Shown: positions 52,669 to 62,236 of the stretch, one piece after another
How positions within the stretch are numbered: the stretch's first letter is position 1
Layout: each line of letters opens with the position of its first letter
Assembly (NCBI GenBank): GCA_036918135.1
Contig: JBALDB010000029.1
Span: 32,001 to 96,000 of the forward strand
Reading direction: 5' to 3'
Length of the DNA stretch: 64,000 bases
From: Nostoc sp.
GTDB lineage: Bacteria; Cyanobacteriota; Cyanobacteriia; Cyanobacteriales; Nostocaceae
The notes under the pieces: generated by a model
The model's input: only the letters and a program-made list of their open reading frames with translations
The model's database searches: none
What the model was told of the DNA's origin: nothing
Program-made: the position numbers and the translations under genes

Positions 52669-53101
52669 CGCTTTTATTAAATTTATTTTTTTACACCCTA
52701 CATCTAATTTACTGGCTAAGCTGACCAAAAAAGTGCATTGTCATTATATAAGTAGGTGAAGGTAAATAAACTAAAAATAACTTGATAACTAAATAAAGAT
52801 ATATGAAGTGATAGGTGCTGGCATTATTTGAAAATTAAAACATCTGTTAAAGATTATCCAGCGCGATTGTGCTATCTTTCCACTGCTGGCTTTAGGCGAT
52901 TACCGCTAGTTTCCTCGCCCCTTGTACTCGCGTTCGCCTTTGCAGCTCAACGATCGCCTGCCAACCAAAAAACCCTTGTTTTTACGTTTTTACGTACCGC
53001 ATTTTTTCTCTACACCCAAATCACTTGCTATTTACATCTTCTACGTGTTATGTATAACTTTAAGTACAAAATTTTTATTTAAATTACGTAGGAAGAATAT
53101 T

Positions 53102-53308
53102 GTGACTAAGAAAAATGCCAAAATACCATTCTTTACTTTTCTAAAAGGGCAAGATATTACTGACCAAGAATCAGAATTAATCAGCGGTGGATGTCAACCA
53201 CCAATTGTTAAACCAAAGCCACCAAAGCCAACAGTAATTTTAATAACAATATACGATGATTATGTTGGTGGGTCAGTAGTACCAATAAAACTTAGCGCTC
53301 CTGGTTAA
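53102..53308 (+). CDS. putative RiPP precursor with microviridin-like double-glycine leader (68 aa)
   Basis: AGGAAG RBS then GTG; leader KIPFFTFLKGQDITDQESELISGG. Confidence 0.65.
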   Translation: MTKKNAKIPFFTFLKGQDITDQESELISGGCQPPIVKPKPPKPTVILITIYDDYVGGSVVPIKLSAPG

Positions 53309-53364
53309 AGTTAAAAGATATCGCCTAATATAGACGCCAAAACTAATCACTAAACCTATCCATC

Positions 53365-53416
53365 TACCGTAGTTTACAAAACTCCACGCAAGACTGAATT
53401 TTTGTAAACTACGGTA
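53365..53416 (+). terminator. 17-bp perfect inverted repeat downstream of the precursor gene
   Basis: TACCGTAGTTTACAAAA...TTTTGTAAACTACGGTA. Confidence 0.6.
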
Positions 53417-53655
53417 AATCCTTCAATTTCCAATCCCCAATCTCTAATGCCCAATGCCAAAAACCACCCCCACAACCGATACACGGGGTGATTTATTCCA
53501 TACATGCCATTAGCCACCCCTAGAAAGCCCAGGAAAGCTTGATTATACTATCCCTATAACCAAGAAACTCATTTAAAGTGTACTTAAGAGATATATTGTT
53601 AAGAAACTAACAAATAACAATAGGACAAAAATTGTCCATCACCGCCAAATAAAGA

Positions 53656-53747
53656 TATAGCCGTAGTCACACCCTTTAGGACATAATGACAAGCGTAAAT
53701 GTTAATGTTAGGAGCAGTAATAGTTTTACCTCCTGCCTCCTGCTATA
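53656..53747 (+). mobile_element. TATAGC...GCTATA small dispersed element, copy D
   Basis: First ~40 bp identical to copy A. Confidence 0.8.
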
Positions 53748-53749
53748 TA

Positions 53750-55531
53750 TTATTTATAGGTAGTGTCACTTTCTACTTGTATTCTGGCAATCATTTTTTC
53801 TAGTTCTTTGAGGTGTTGTGCGTTCACAAGCCACCCCTCTTCATAGTTATATTTATCTATACTATATTGACTATGTTGTTCTTTTAAGGTTGCAAATTGA
53901 TAATTAATTATTGATAATGCTTTCCCTTGAATAATTACTTTTTTTAGCAACTCAAACCTTGATGTTTTATCCATTTGAAGCAAGAGTTGTGAAATGCAAC
54001 GACTGATGATAACTTCATTGCCAAAATTAAGAATACCATTAGATTCATCATCTGGAGACAGTAAAAGTTCCTCACTAACATCAAACAAAGCTTCCACAAT
54101 TGAAGGTATGTAATCCAGAGGAATTTCTTGTTTATTTGAATTTTCTAGTTGTTCTAGAAATATCCTAACTTGTGTTGTACCGTTTGGAAGTTTTTGTTTA
54201 GCAAGTTCTGTAAGATGATTTTTAAATTTGTCTGTGTCTCCAATCAAGTCAAAGATAAGTTTTCTCGGAGTATTAGATAATTCACCTACTGAGAACGACA
54301 GACGAAAGTAAATAGGAAATATTTCTAAACTACACACACGTAGTTGTTCGCGCCATTCAAACTCTTTATTTTCATCTAGATAGCTATCACCCCAAATAGA
54401 TTTTAACTTAGGAAAAAGGTGCATTAGTAGATTTTTAATAGGCTGCTTATCTTCATCTTGTAGTTGAGCAATCCAGGTATTAAGCAGACTTTTGAGTTCA
54501 TCTATTGAAGAGTTTAACTCTCCCACAAAAACATCAGGATTTTGAGAGACTATCCGATATATTTTTGGAGAAAACACTCGCAATGACTCAATAGCAATGA
54601 AATCAACTGGGTTTACTTCATCTTTTACTGCTGGATACGTTACTGTTAAAGTATTAATTAAACGAACAATATCGCGGTTGCTATTAATGAAGCAATCTAT
54701 TCCTTGAAAGTAAATCTCAGCCCAACGAGCTTGGTTTATTTGTTGTTTTTGGGTTTCAAAAAATATATTGTTAAGCTTTGCAAAAAGCAGCCTCCGAAGT
54801 GAGGTCTTCTGAGGAATAGGTAGTTCAAAACTCATTTGAATAATTTTTTCTAAATCTACTTCTCCAGATATTTCTTCGGATTCTGCAATTGTTTTGATTA
54901 CAACTTCTTTATCAAAAACCAGAAGATAGACAACGTCAGTAAAATTCCGCATTGCTTTGAAAATGCGAAATAGCTGCTTGATATCGTCAGCAGGCAATCG
55001 GTCGATATCGTCAATTGTTATGACTATTCGCCGCTGCTGCTGTAGTAGCTTGTCTTCCACTTCCTCTTTAAATTCCACAGCTTCTTTGTCCCTGTCATCT
55101 AATAATGTTGCTAATGCCTTGCCAGTTTGAGCATAAGGTAAAGGAATGTCTGAAATAACGTTGGCAAAATCAGCTAGTCTTTCTTTCAAACCTTTTGACA
55201 CAGATGATTTTTGAGTTAAAACGTTTTGTAATTGCTCAAAAAAGCGCCTTGTGATATTTTGGTGTCCAGACAATAGCCAAGGATTAAAAGGAACGATGAT
55301 TGGTTGCTCCTCGTCTGGCTTTTGCTGAAGATAGTGAACTACAAAGTTTAATAGTGTGGATTTGCCAGAGTTCCAAGAACCGTAAACTGCAATAACAAAA
55401 CCTTCAGGAGAAGTCATTTTGCAAATACTATCTGCTAGATACTTGGCGAAACCCGCGTGTCCTAGCAGGTCTTTTTCAGGATCGACTAAGGAACTATCTA
55501 CTGATATATCTTTAATTTCCGTCTGTTGCAT
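53750..55531 (-). CDS. KAP family P-loop NTPase
   Basis: DLLGH, GSWNSGKST Walker A, FNPW, IDDIDR Walker B and LEKIIQ motifs; ATG 55531 chosen. Confidence 0.88.
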   Translation of the reverse strand: MQQTEIKDISVDSSLVDPEKDLLGHAGFAKYLADSICKMTSPEGFVIAVYGSWNSGKSTLLNFVVHYLQQKPDEEQPIIVPFNPWLLSGHQNITRRFFEQLQNVLTQKSSVSKGLKERLADFANVISDIPLPYAQTGKALATLLDDRDKEAVEFKEEVEDKLLQQQRRIVITIDDIDRLPADDIKQLFRIFKAMRNFTDVVYLLVFDKEVVIKTIAESEEISGEVDLEKIIQMSFELPIPQKTSLRRLLFAKLNNIFFETQKQQINQARWAEIYFQGIDCFINSNRDIVRLINTLTVTYPAVKDEVNPVDFIAIESLRVFSPKIYRIVSQNPDVFVGELNSSIDELKSLLNTWIAQLQDEDKQPIKNLLMHLFPKLKSIWGDSYLDENKEFEWREQLRVCSLEIFPIYFRLSFSVGELSNTPRKLIFDLIGDTDKFKNHLTELAKQKLPNGTTQVRIFLEQLENSNKQEIPLDYIPSIVEALFDVSEELLLSPDDESNGILNFGNEVIISRCISQLLLQMDKTSRFELLKKVIIQGKALSIINYQFATLKEQHSQYSIDKYNYEEGWLVNAQHLKELEKMIARIQVESDTTYK

Positions 55532-55597
55532 AAAACCAACATTTGCTCGCTGCTTAGAAACAGAGTACCTCACATATTGCACATTTTAAAATACTGA

Positions 55598-55726
55598 TAA
55601 GCTGTAAAACATCTAGTTTGCATGTGTTTTAGCTGATAGGGAGATGAGGAGATAAGGAAATGGAGAGAGGAATTGAGCAATTAAGCAACAATCCAACCAG
55701 GTGCAAGTTAAATGTGGAACAGCTTA
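55598..55726. mobile_element. MITE-like element
   Basis: Imperfect 26-bp TIRs TAAGCTGTAAAACATCTAGTTTGCAT / GTGCAAGTTAAATGTGGAACAGCTTA. Confidence 0.55.
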
Positions 55727-56191
55727 CGACTAGCTAAAAACTTTTTACCAAACCTCCACTGACGTTAGGAATCCAATATGCAAATTTGATATCTATATTT
55801 TTACACTTCTTGTATGTGATGTGAGCCTGTTAGTTATCTGTTAGGGTTTAAAGATGCTACTAATAAAAAATCAAATTGCTGATTCAGAAAATTTTAGATT
55901 TATTAAGTAATAACAATTCGGAAACTTTCTTATATATTATTGCAACGTAAAAATTTCAGCAAAAAAGTAGTAGATTAGTAAAATTCACTAATCTACTACA
56001 GGTATAGTTAGGAGACAATTTTGATATTTAAAACATTTTTTATTGATAAATATTATAAGCTAAAAAGTTAATATTTGAATAAGTTAAATAAACTTAAAAT
56101 CTTTTATATATTATTTATTAATTTAAACTTAACAACAAAATTGAAATTGTGAGATTAAATTTATCTTAGTAGGATTAAATTTTAGAAAAAG

Positions 56192-56225
56192 GTAGCAGAT
56201 GGGTATGAATTATCCCACTGCTACA
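56192..56225 (-). terminator. intrinsic terminator for ssuDE
   Basis: GTAGCAG..GGG...CCC..CTGCTAC hairpin with flanking A/T tracts. Confidence 0.65.
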
Positions 56226-56251
56226 AAAAACGGAGGTATAAACTTGATTAT

Positions 56252-56818
56252 TTAATTGGCATGAACCAATTCTTGAGGGGCTGCTGCATCATATTCTACA
56301 GCTTTCACAAATTCCTTAATAACGTCTTTGAGTCTTTGGTCAATTTCCTCATCTAAGAGAACACTATTATCAGGTTGTCGTTGAATTTGTTTATCCACTG
56401 CATAAACAGTAGCTAAAATATGTCGCGCTCCTAATTCAGATAACACAGGTTTGAGAGCATATTCTATTGCCAATAAATGAGCGATCGTCCCACCAAGGGC
56501 AATTGGTAATACAGGTTTACCTGTTAATGATTTTTGTGGCAGCAAATCGAGAAATGTTTTGAGTACTCCTGTATAAGCAGCTTTATAAATTGGGGTGGCA
56601 ATAATCACACCATTTGCGTTTGCTAATAAAGCTTTTGGCTGTTCTAAAGCGGGGCTGTCATACCGTCCAAAAACTAAATCTTCAGCAGGCAAATCCCGAA
56701 CTGAAATGATATCTACATGCAAGCCTTCTTGTTGTAAAAGCTTAGTGGTGTATTCCACAAAACCGTAAGTTCTAGATGGATGGGTTGGACTACCAGCGAT
56801 CGCTAGAATATTTGCCAT
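56252..56818 (-). CDS. ssuE: NAD(P)H-dependent FMN reductase
   Basis: AGSP..PSRT and ATPIYKAAYTGVLK motifs; adjacent to ssuD. Confidence 0.92.
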   Translation of the reverse strand: MANILAIAGSPTHPSRTYGFVEYTTKLLQQEGLHVDIISVRDLPAEDLVFGRYDSPALEQPKALLANANGVIIATPIYKAAYTGVLKTFLDLLPQKSLTGKPVLPIALGGTIAHLLAIEYALKPVLSELGARHILATVYAVDKQIQRQPDNSVLLDEEIDQRLKDVIKEFVKAVEYDAAAPQELVHAN

Positions 56819-56841
56819 TTAATTAAACTCCTAATGTATTA

Positions 56842-56939
56842 ATGGGGACTGGGGAATCAGGGATTGGGTATTGGGGATTGGGTTAGGAAAATTCTCCCCC
56901 AGTCACTAGTACCTAGTCTCCAGTCCCCAGTCCCCAATT
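56842..56939. repeat. STRR1-type heptamers (CCCCART) in inverted arrangement
   Basis: GGGGACT/GGGATTG arm then CAGTCCC arm between ssuD and ssuE. Confidence 0.75.
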
Positions 56940-56940
56940 A

Positions 56941-58101
56941 CTAGGATATGGATGTAGCTTTCTCTTTTTGCTGCTGCCCAGGAAAATCTTCATTTGCTAT
57001 AATCTCGCCAAACGGACTCAAGACATGTTGCTTCTCTACTGTGGGTAGATTTTCCAAAGGCAAATGGGGAAAGACAAGTTCTGCAACTCGATAAGCTTCC
57101 TCTAAATGGGGATAGCCAGAGAGGATAAAGGATTCAATACCCAAATTAGCGTATTCCAATATCCTGGCAGCTACGGTTTGCGGATCGCCTACTAGGGCTG
57201 TTCCGGCACCACCCCGTACCAAACCAACTCCTGCCCACAGGTTCGGACTAATCTCTAATGCCTCTTGACTACCGTGGTGTAGTTGAGTCATCCGCCGCTG
57301 TCCAACTGAATCCATGCGTGCGTAAGCTTTTTGGGCTTTAGCGATCGCTTCCTCATCTACATATTTAATTAATTGATTTGCTGCATCCCAAGCTTCGCTC
57401 TCGGTTTCTCGCACAATCACATGTAGGCGAATGCCAAACCGCAAAGTTCTTCCTTGAGCCTCTGCTAGTTTACGAACTGATGCAATCTTTTCGGCTACTT
57501 GCGTCGGTGGTTCGCCCCAAGTTAAATAAACATCTACGTGCTTGGCAGCAATTTTTTGAGCAATCCCAGAGGAACCGCCGAACCACAAGGGCGGATATGG
57601 CTTTTGTACTGGTGGAAACAGCAGTTTGCCATCTTGAATGTTAAAATAATCGCCTTCAAAATTGGCTTGTTCGCCGCTAGCGATCGCTCGCCATATTGTC
57701 AAAAATTCATCTGTTAATTCATAACGCTGGTCGTGACCCAAATGCAAGCCGTCTCCCGCTAACTCTACCGGATCGCCCCCTGTGACTACATTAATCAGCA
57801 AGCGTCCACCAGAAAGGCGATCGAAGGTTGCTGCCATCCGCGCTGCAACTCCAGGGGACACCAAGCCAGGGCGAATCGCCACTAGAAAACGCATCTGCCG
57901 CGTTAGTGATACCAGCGTTGACGCTACAATCCAAGCATCTTCGCAAGAGCGACCCGTCGGCAGCAAAGCCCCTGTGTAGCCAAGGTCATCCACCGCTTGG
58001 GCAATCTGTCGTAGATAGGCAAAGCTCACTGCCCTTCCGCCTGTAGCAGTTGCAAGATACCGTCCGTCGCCGTGGGTTGGGATGAACCATAGTAGCTGCA
58101 T
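56941..58101 (-). CDS. ssuD: FMNH2-dependent alkanesulfonate monooxygenase
   Basis: [22 protein letters not shown] and SGYPHLEE motifs. Confidence 0.95.
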   Translation of the reverse strand: MQLLWFIPTHGDGRYLATATGGRAVSFAYLRQIAQAVDDLGYTGALLPTGRSCEDAWIVASTLVSLTRQMRFLVAIRPGLVSPGVAARMAATFDRLSGGRLLINVVTGGDPVELAGDGLHLGHDQRYELTDEFLTIWRAIASGEQANFEGDYFNIQDGKLLFPPVQKPYPPLWFGGSSGIAQKIAAKHVDVYLTWGEPPTQVAEKIASVRKLAEAQGRTLRFGIRLHVIVRETESEAWDAANQLIKYVDEEAIAKAQKAYARMDSVGQRRMTQLHHGSQEALEISPNLWAGVGLVRGGAGTALVGDPQTVAARILEYANLGIESFILSGYPHLEEAYRVAELVFPHLPLENLPTVEKQHVLSPFGEIIANEDFPGQQQKEKATSIS

Positions 58102-58118
58102 GAATTCTGTCCTTTTAA

Positions 58119-58153
58119 AATACGGTAAATTGATGTTAATACCGTACTTTGAT
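58119..58153 (-). promoter_or_regulatory. tandem candidate operator upstream of ssuD
   Basis: Sense strand ATCAAAGTACGGTATT-aac-ATCAATTTACCGTATT; also forms a TACGGTA/TACCGTA inverted repeat. Confidence 0.5.
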
Positions 58154-58467
58154 TACAGCTTTAGAGTATTACATATTCAGATTAACTAAGCAAGAAGTTT
58201 TTTAATAAACATCGGACTGGGTGCTGGGTATTAGAAATGAAACAGATTCATGTTCACTGTGCCAAATCAAGTAAAGTGGATTAACAAGCGATCGCATCTC
58301 AGTTTGTGTAAAGATTCTTGTCATGGATAAGTAAGAAAGATTTTTATCCATCGCTTAATCTGATTTTTCCATCACCTTTATAATGAATTTTATTTTCAAA
58401 GGTACTCTCACCTCAAAATAGGCGATTTTCAAGGACTATTGTCATCATTAAATTGCTGAATCAAAAA

Positions 58468-60183
58468 CTAAAACAAAAAGTACCTTTGGGTCATTGGCAA
58501 AACTGTTGCAGGTTCACAAATTAGCAACTCACCATCTGCCCTGACTTCATAGGTTTCGGGGTCAACTTCTATATGGGGTAGTGCATCATTCAACTTCATA
58601 TCCTGCTTAGTTAATTGACGTGTCCGAGAAACTGCAACTGCTGTCTTTCCTAAACCTAGCTGCGTAGGAATTTCTTTTTCCAAAGCTGCCTGCGAAATAA
58701 AAGTTAATGATGTGGCATTCTTAGCACCTGCAAAACTACCAAACATCGGTCGCATATGCACTGGTTGGGGTGTGGGAATACTGGCGTTAGGATCGCCCAT
58801 TTGCGACCATGCAATCATTCCGCCTTTAATGACTATTTCTGGCTTGACGCCAAAAAAAGGCGGACGCCACAAGCACAAATCTGCTAATTTTCCCTCTTCA
58901 ACTGAACCCACATAATCAGCAATTCCGTGAGCGAGCGCCGGATTAATAGTATATTTAGCAACATATCTTTTTGCACGAAAATTATCTGCTGGTTGCTCAG
59001 TTCCTTGTGGGTTAAGAGTTCCTCGTTGTACCTTCATTTTGTGAGATGTCTGCCAGGTGCGAATTATCACTTCACCTACCCTTCCCATTGCTTGGGAGTC
59101 AGAAGAAATCATACTGAATGCGCCTAAGTCGTGCAAAATGTCTTCAGCAGCAATGGTTTCTCGGCGAATGCGAGACTCGGCAAAAGCGACATCTTCGGCG
59201 ATCGCCGGATCGAGATGATGACATACCATCAACATATCCAGGTGTTCATCTAAGGTGTTGAGGGTATAAGGACGTGTGGGATTGGTGGAAGATGGTAGAA
59301 CATTAGCTTGGCTGCAAACTTTGATGATATCTGGTGCGTGTCCGCCGCCTGCGCCTTCGGTGTGGTAGGTGTGGATGACACGATTCTTGAAAGCAGCAAT
59401 GGTATCTTCTACAAATCCGGCTTCGTTGAGGGTATCAGTATGGATAGCTACTTGCACATCATATTCATCGGCAACGCTGAGGCAAGTATCAATTGCTGCG
59501 GGGGTGGTTCCCCAGTCTTCATGCAGCTTTAACCCCATTGCACCTGCGGCTACTTGTTCTACAAGTCCTTGGGGTTGACTGGCATTACCTTTACCCAAAA
59601 ATCCTAAGTTGACGGGAAAAGCCTCAGCAGCTTGCAGCATCCGATAAATATTCCAAGGGCCTGGGGTGCAGGTAGTAGCATTTGTACCCGTAGCCGGGCC
59701 AGTACCGCCGCCAATCATGGTAGTGATACCAGAAGCGATCGCCACTTCAATTTGTTGGGGACAAATAAAATGAATATGGGCATCAATACCCCCAGCAGTG
59801 AGAATCATTCCTTCCCCTGCTAAAGCTTCAGTTCCGGGGCCGATAATAATATCTATATTATTTTGAATATAAGGATTTCCGGCTTTACCAATTTTAAAAA
59901 TTTTGCCATCTTTAATGCCAATATCTGCTTTGACAATACCCCACCAATCGAGAATTAAGGCATTAGTAATTACTAAATCTACAGCACCATCAGCGTTAGA
60001 AATGGGGGATTGTCCCATTCCGTCTCTAATGACTTTACCGCCGCCGAATTTTACTTCATCGCCGTAGGTGGTAAAATCTTGTTCAACTTCTATAAATAAT
60101 TCTGTGTCTGCAAGTCGGATGCGATCGCCTACTGTTGGGCCGTAGGTTTCGGCGTAGGCGTGGCGTGACATTTTGTAAGGCAT
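58468..60183 (-). CDS. ureC: urease subunit alpha
   Basis: [24 protein letters not shown] and SSDSQAMGR motifs. Confidence 0.97.
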   Translation of the reverse strand: MPYKMSRHAYAETYGPTVGDRIRLADTELFIEVEQDFTTYGDEVKFGGGKVIRDGMGQSPISNADGAVDLVITNALILDWWGIVKADIGIKDGKIFKIGKAGNPYIQNNIDIIIGPGTEALAGEGMILTAGGIDAHIHFICPQQIEVAIASGITTMIGGGTGPATGTNATTCTPGPWNIYRMLQAAEAFPVNLGFLGKGNASQPQGLVEQVAAGAMGLKLHEDWGTTPAAIDTCLSVADEYDVQVAIHTDTLNEAGFVEDTIAAFKNRVIHTYHTEGAGGGHAPDIIKVCSQANVLPSSTNPTRPYTLNTLDEHLDMLMVCHHLDPAIAEDVAFAESRIRRETIAAEDILHDLGAFSMISSDSQAMGRVGEVIIRTWQTSHKMKVQRGTLNPQGTEQPADNFRAKRYVAKYTINPALAHGIADYVGSVEEGKLADLCLWRPPFFGVKPEIVIKGGMIAWSQMGDPNASIPTPQPVHMRPMFGSFAGAKNATSLTFISQAALEKEIPTQLGLGKTAVAVSRTRQLTKQDMKLNDALPHIEVDPETYEVRADGELLICEPATVLPMTQRYFLF

Positions 60184-60220
60184 ATTACATTCCTGCGGAG
60201 TCAGGTTAGAATCGAGTTTA

Positions 60221-60681
60221 AACGCAAAGGGGCGCTAAGGTAAACGCAGAGGAGCGCGGAGTGTGGATGAGAATGACTTGAGTGGGGCGATAATTGGTTG
60301 TGGTATAAGAGTGCATACGGCGTTGGGGCCAGGGTTATTGGAGTCAGCTTATGAGGAATGTTTGCATTATGAATTGAAGCAGCATGGATTTAGGGTTGGT
60401 AGGCAAATTTCATTACCTCTCGTATATAAAGAGGTGGAATTGGATTGTGTTTATCGATTAGATTTAATAGTAGAAAATAAAGTAATTATTGAAGTCAAGT
60501 CTGTAGAATCCATCAACCCAATTCACTCAGTACAGCTTTTAACTTACCTTAAACTCACTAATTGTAAACTCGGTCTTCTGCTCAACTTTAACGTTCTCCA
60601 CCTCAAAGAAGGCATCAAACGTGTGGCAAACAAACTCTAACTTTGCGTACCTCCGCGTTTACCTCAGCGTTCCTCTGCGTT
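60221..60681. mobile_element. GxxExxY cassette bounded by ~41-bp inverted repeats
   Basis: Left arm 60221-60261, right arm 60641-60681; 32/41 complementary by manual alignment. Confidence 0.6.
60263..60640 (+). CDS. GxxExxY family protein (PD-(D/E)XK-like)
   Basis: LGPGLLESAYE, RLDLIVE..IIEVKS, QLLTYLK and GLLLNF motifs. Confidence 0.92.
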   Translation: MDENDLSGAIIGCGIRVHTALGPGLLESAYEECLHYELKQHGFRVGRQISLPLVYKEVELDCVYRLDLIVENKVIIEVKSVESINPIHSVQLLTYLKLTNCKLGLLLNFNVLHLKEGIKRVANKL

Positions 60682-60744
60682 AAAAAATAAATTTTTTAAA
60701 CGCAAAAAGATGCAAAGGGAAGCGTAGAGATTTGCGGAGGGTTT

Positions 60745-61050
60745 TTAGAGGTTTCCGTTAATTTTGGTGTTGAAACCGTAGACTTGGCGAGTACCGACAA
60801 GGGGGATTAGAGTTATTTCTTTTTCATCGCCTGGTTCAAAGCGAACTGCGGTTCCGGCGGGGATATCGAGGCGCATTCCTCGCGCTTGTTCTCTGTCAAA
60901 GTTTAAGGCGGTGTTGACTTCATAAAAGTGATAGTGGGAACCGACTTGTATGGGGCGATCGCCTGTATTTGAAACTCGCAATTTTATAGTTGGACGACCA
61001 ACATTTAGTTCAATTTCACCTGCTGGTGTGAGAATTTCTCCAGGAATCAT
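60745..61050 (-). CDS. ureB: urease subunit beta
   Basis: [20 protein letters not shown] and [15 protein letters not shown] motifs. Confidence 0.96.
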   Translation of the reverse strand: MIPGEILTPAGEIELNVGRPTIKLRVSNTGDRPIQVGSHYHFYEVNTALNFDREQARGMRLDIPAGTAVRFEPGDEKEITLIPLVGTRQVYGFNTKINGNL

Positions 61051-61071
61051 AATAAATTTAAAATTTCCAAA

Positions 61072-61374
61072 CTAACGAATTGGATTATGTACTGTTACTA
61101 ACTTTGTGCCATCAGGAAAAGTTGCTTCTACCTGCACTTCATGCACCATTTCTGGTATCCCTTCCATGACATCATCTCGCGTTAAGAGAGTTGTACCATA
61201 ACTCATTAATTCAGCTACAGTTTGCCCATCTCTTGCACCTTCTAAAATGGCAGCAGAAATATAAGCAACTGCTTCGGGATAATTTAGTTTCAAACCTCTT
61301 TCTTTACGTTTTTCTGCTAATAAAGCAGCAGTAAAAATTAATAGTTTATCTTTTTCTTGCGGTGTCAATTGCAT
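61072..61374 (-). CDS. ureA: urease subunit gamma
   Basis: [18 protein letters not shown] and [14 protein letters not shown] motifs; ATG at 61374 gives 100 aa. Confidence 0.96.
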   Translation of the reverse strand: MQLTPQEKDKLLIFTAALLAEKRKERGLKLNYPEAVAYISAAILEGARDGQTVAELMSYGTTLLTRDDVMEGIPEMVHEVQVEATFPDGTKLVTVHNPIR

Positions 61375-61396
61375 TCTTCTCTCCACTCTTGGCGGT

Positions 61397-62236
61397 TCAA
61401 ACCTGCCACACTCTTGGTATACAATTACCACGATTTAAAAAAGAAACTCGCAGCAGCTGCCAGATATCAATAAACCAGTTTCTCACCTCAGATGTAGAAT
61501 CACCGCGATATCGACACAATAATCCATGTTGTAATCTGCTAACACCTGTTTCACCAACGCCATTGCCTAAAATTCGGATTTTTTCTCTAATTTCTGCTGA
61601 AACTGCATCGCCAAGCCAAACTAGACTACCTACTATTGGTTTTCCAGCCAAGCCGTGAGGACTGTGGACAATTTCTTCGCTAGCTGGTAACCATTGCCGA
61701 TCGATCCATAAGGGAATACCTTGTTGCCATATTTCAGTGTGCGATCGCCATTCCCCTTGTAAGAATTTTTCTCCTCTAGCACTGCGACCAAATCGGGTAA
61801 TTTCCCAGCCTAACCAACTAGCCCCGGTTGCTAATTCTACCCGTAAATCTTGTTGATAAATCGCACTGTTAAATAAAATTGTTTCTTGGGGCAACCATTC
61901 TAAACAAGCACCAGCATCAACTTGCATCTGGATGGTTTGTCTAGCTTGTAAGCCATTGCTGCGGTATATCTTGCTTGCAGCAGCTGTAGTGATTAAGGCG
62001 TGTGTATGGGGTTGGAGGTGGATATTAGAGGATAAGCGATCGCCTCCCACCATTCCCCCAGCCGTGTGTAAAATTACGCTATGACAAACTTTTTCCCCTT
62101 CTGGATAGAATGGGCGTTGTACCTTCAAGGGTGCTTGATGGTGGCTATAAATTAATTCGGTTGTGTTGTGGCGATCGGCGTAAACTAAATTCAGTTTGCC
62201 ATGCCAACCTTCTGTAGTTTGTGAGTTGCAAGTCAT
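61397..62236 (-). CDS. ureD: urease accessory protein
   Basis: [19 protein letters not shown] and LEWLPQE motifs. Confidence 0.93.
   Translation of the reverse strand: MTCNSQTTEGWHGKLNLVYADRHNTTELIYSHHQAPLKVQRPFYPEGEKVCHSVILHTAGGMVGGDRLSSNIHLQPHTHALITTAAASKIYRSNGLQARQTIQMQVDAGACLEWLPQETILFNSAIYQQDLRVELATGASWLGWEITRFGRSARGEKFLQGEWRSHTEIWQQGIPLWIDRQWLPASEEIVHSPHGLAGKPIVGSLVWLGDAVSAEIREKIRILGNGVGETGVSRLQHGLLCRYRGDSTSEVRNWFIDIWQLLRVSFLNRGNCIPRVWQV

Noticed and set aside
52828..53101. GC-richer patch and ORFs 52828-53082 / 52922-53101
   Set aside because: No recognisable protein in any frame I read; the precursor has a better RBS and start at 53102.
58144..58156. Possible NtcA box upstream of ssuD
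   Set aside because: Spacing is GTA-N7-TAC, not the GTA-N8-TAC consensus.
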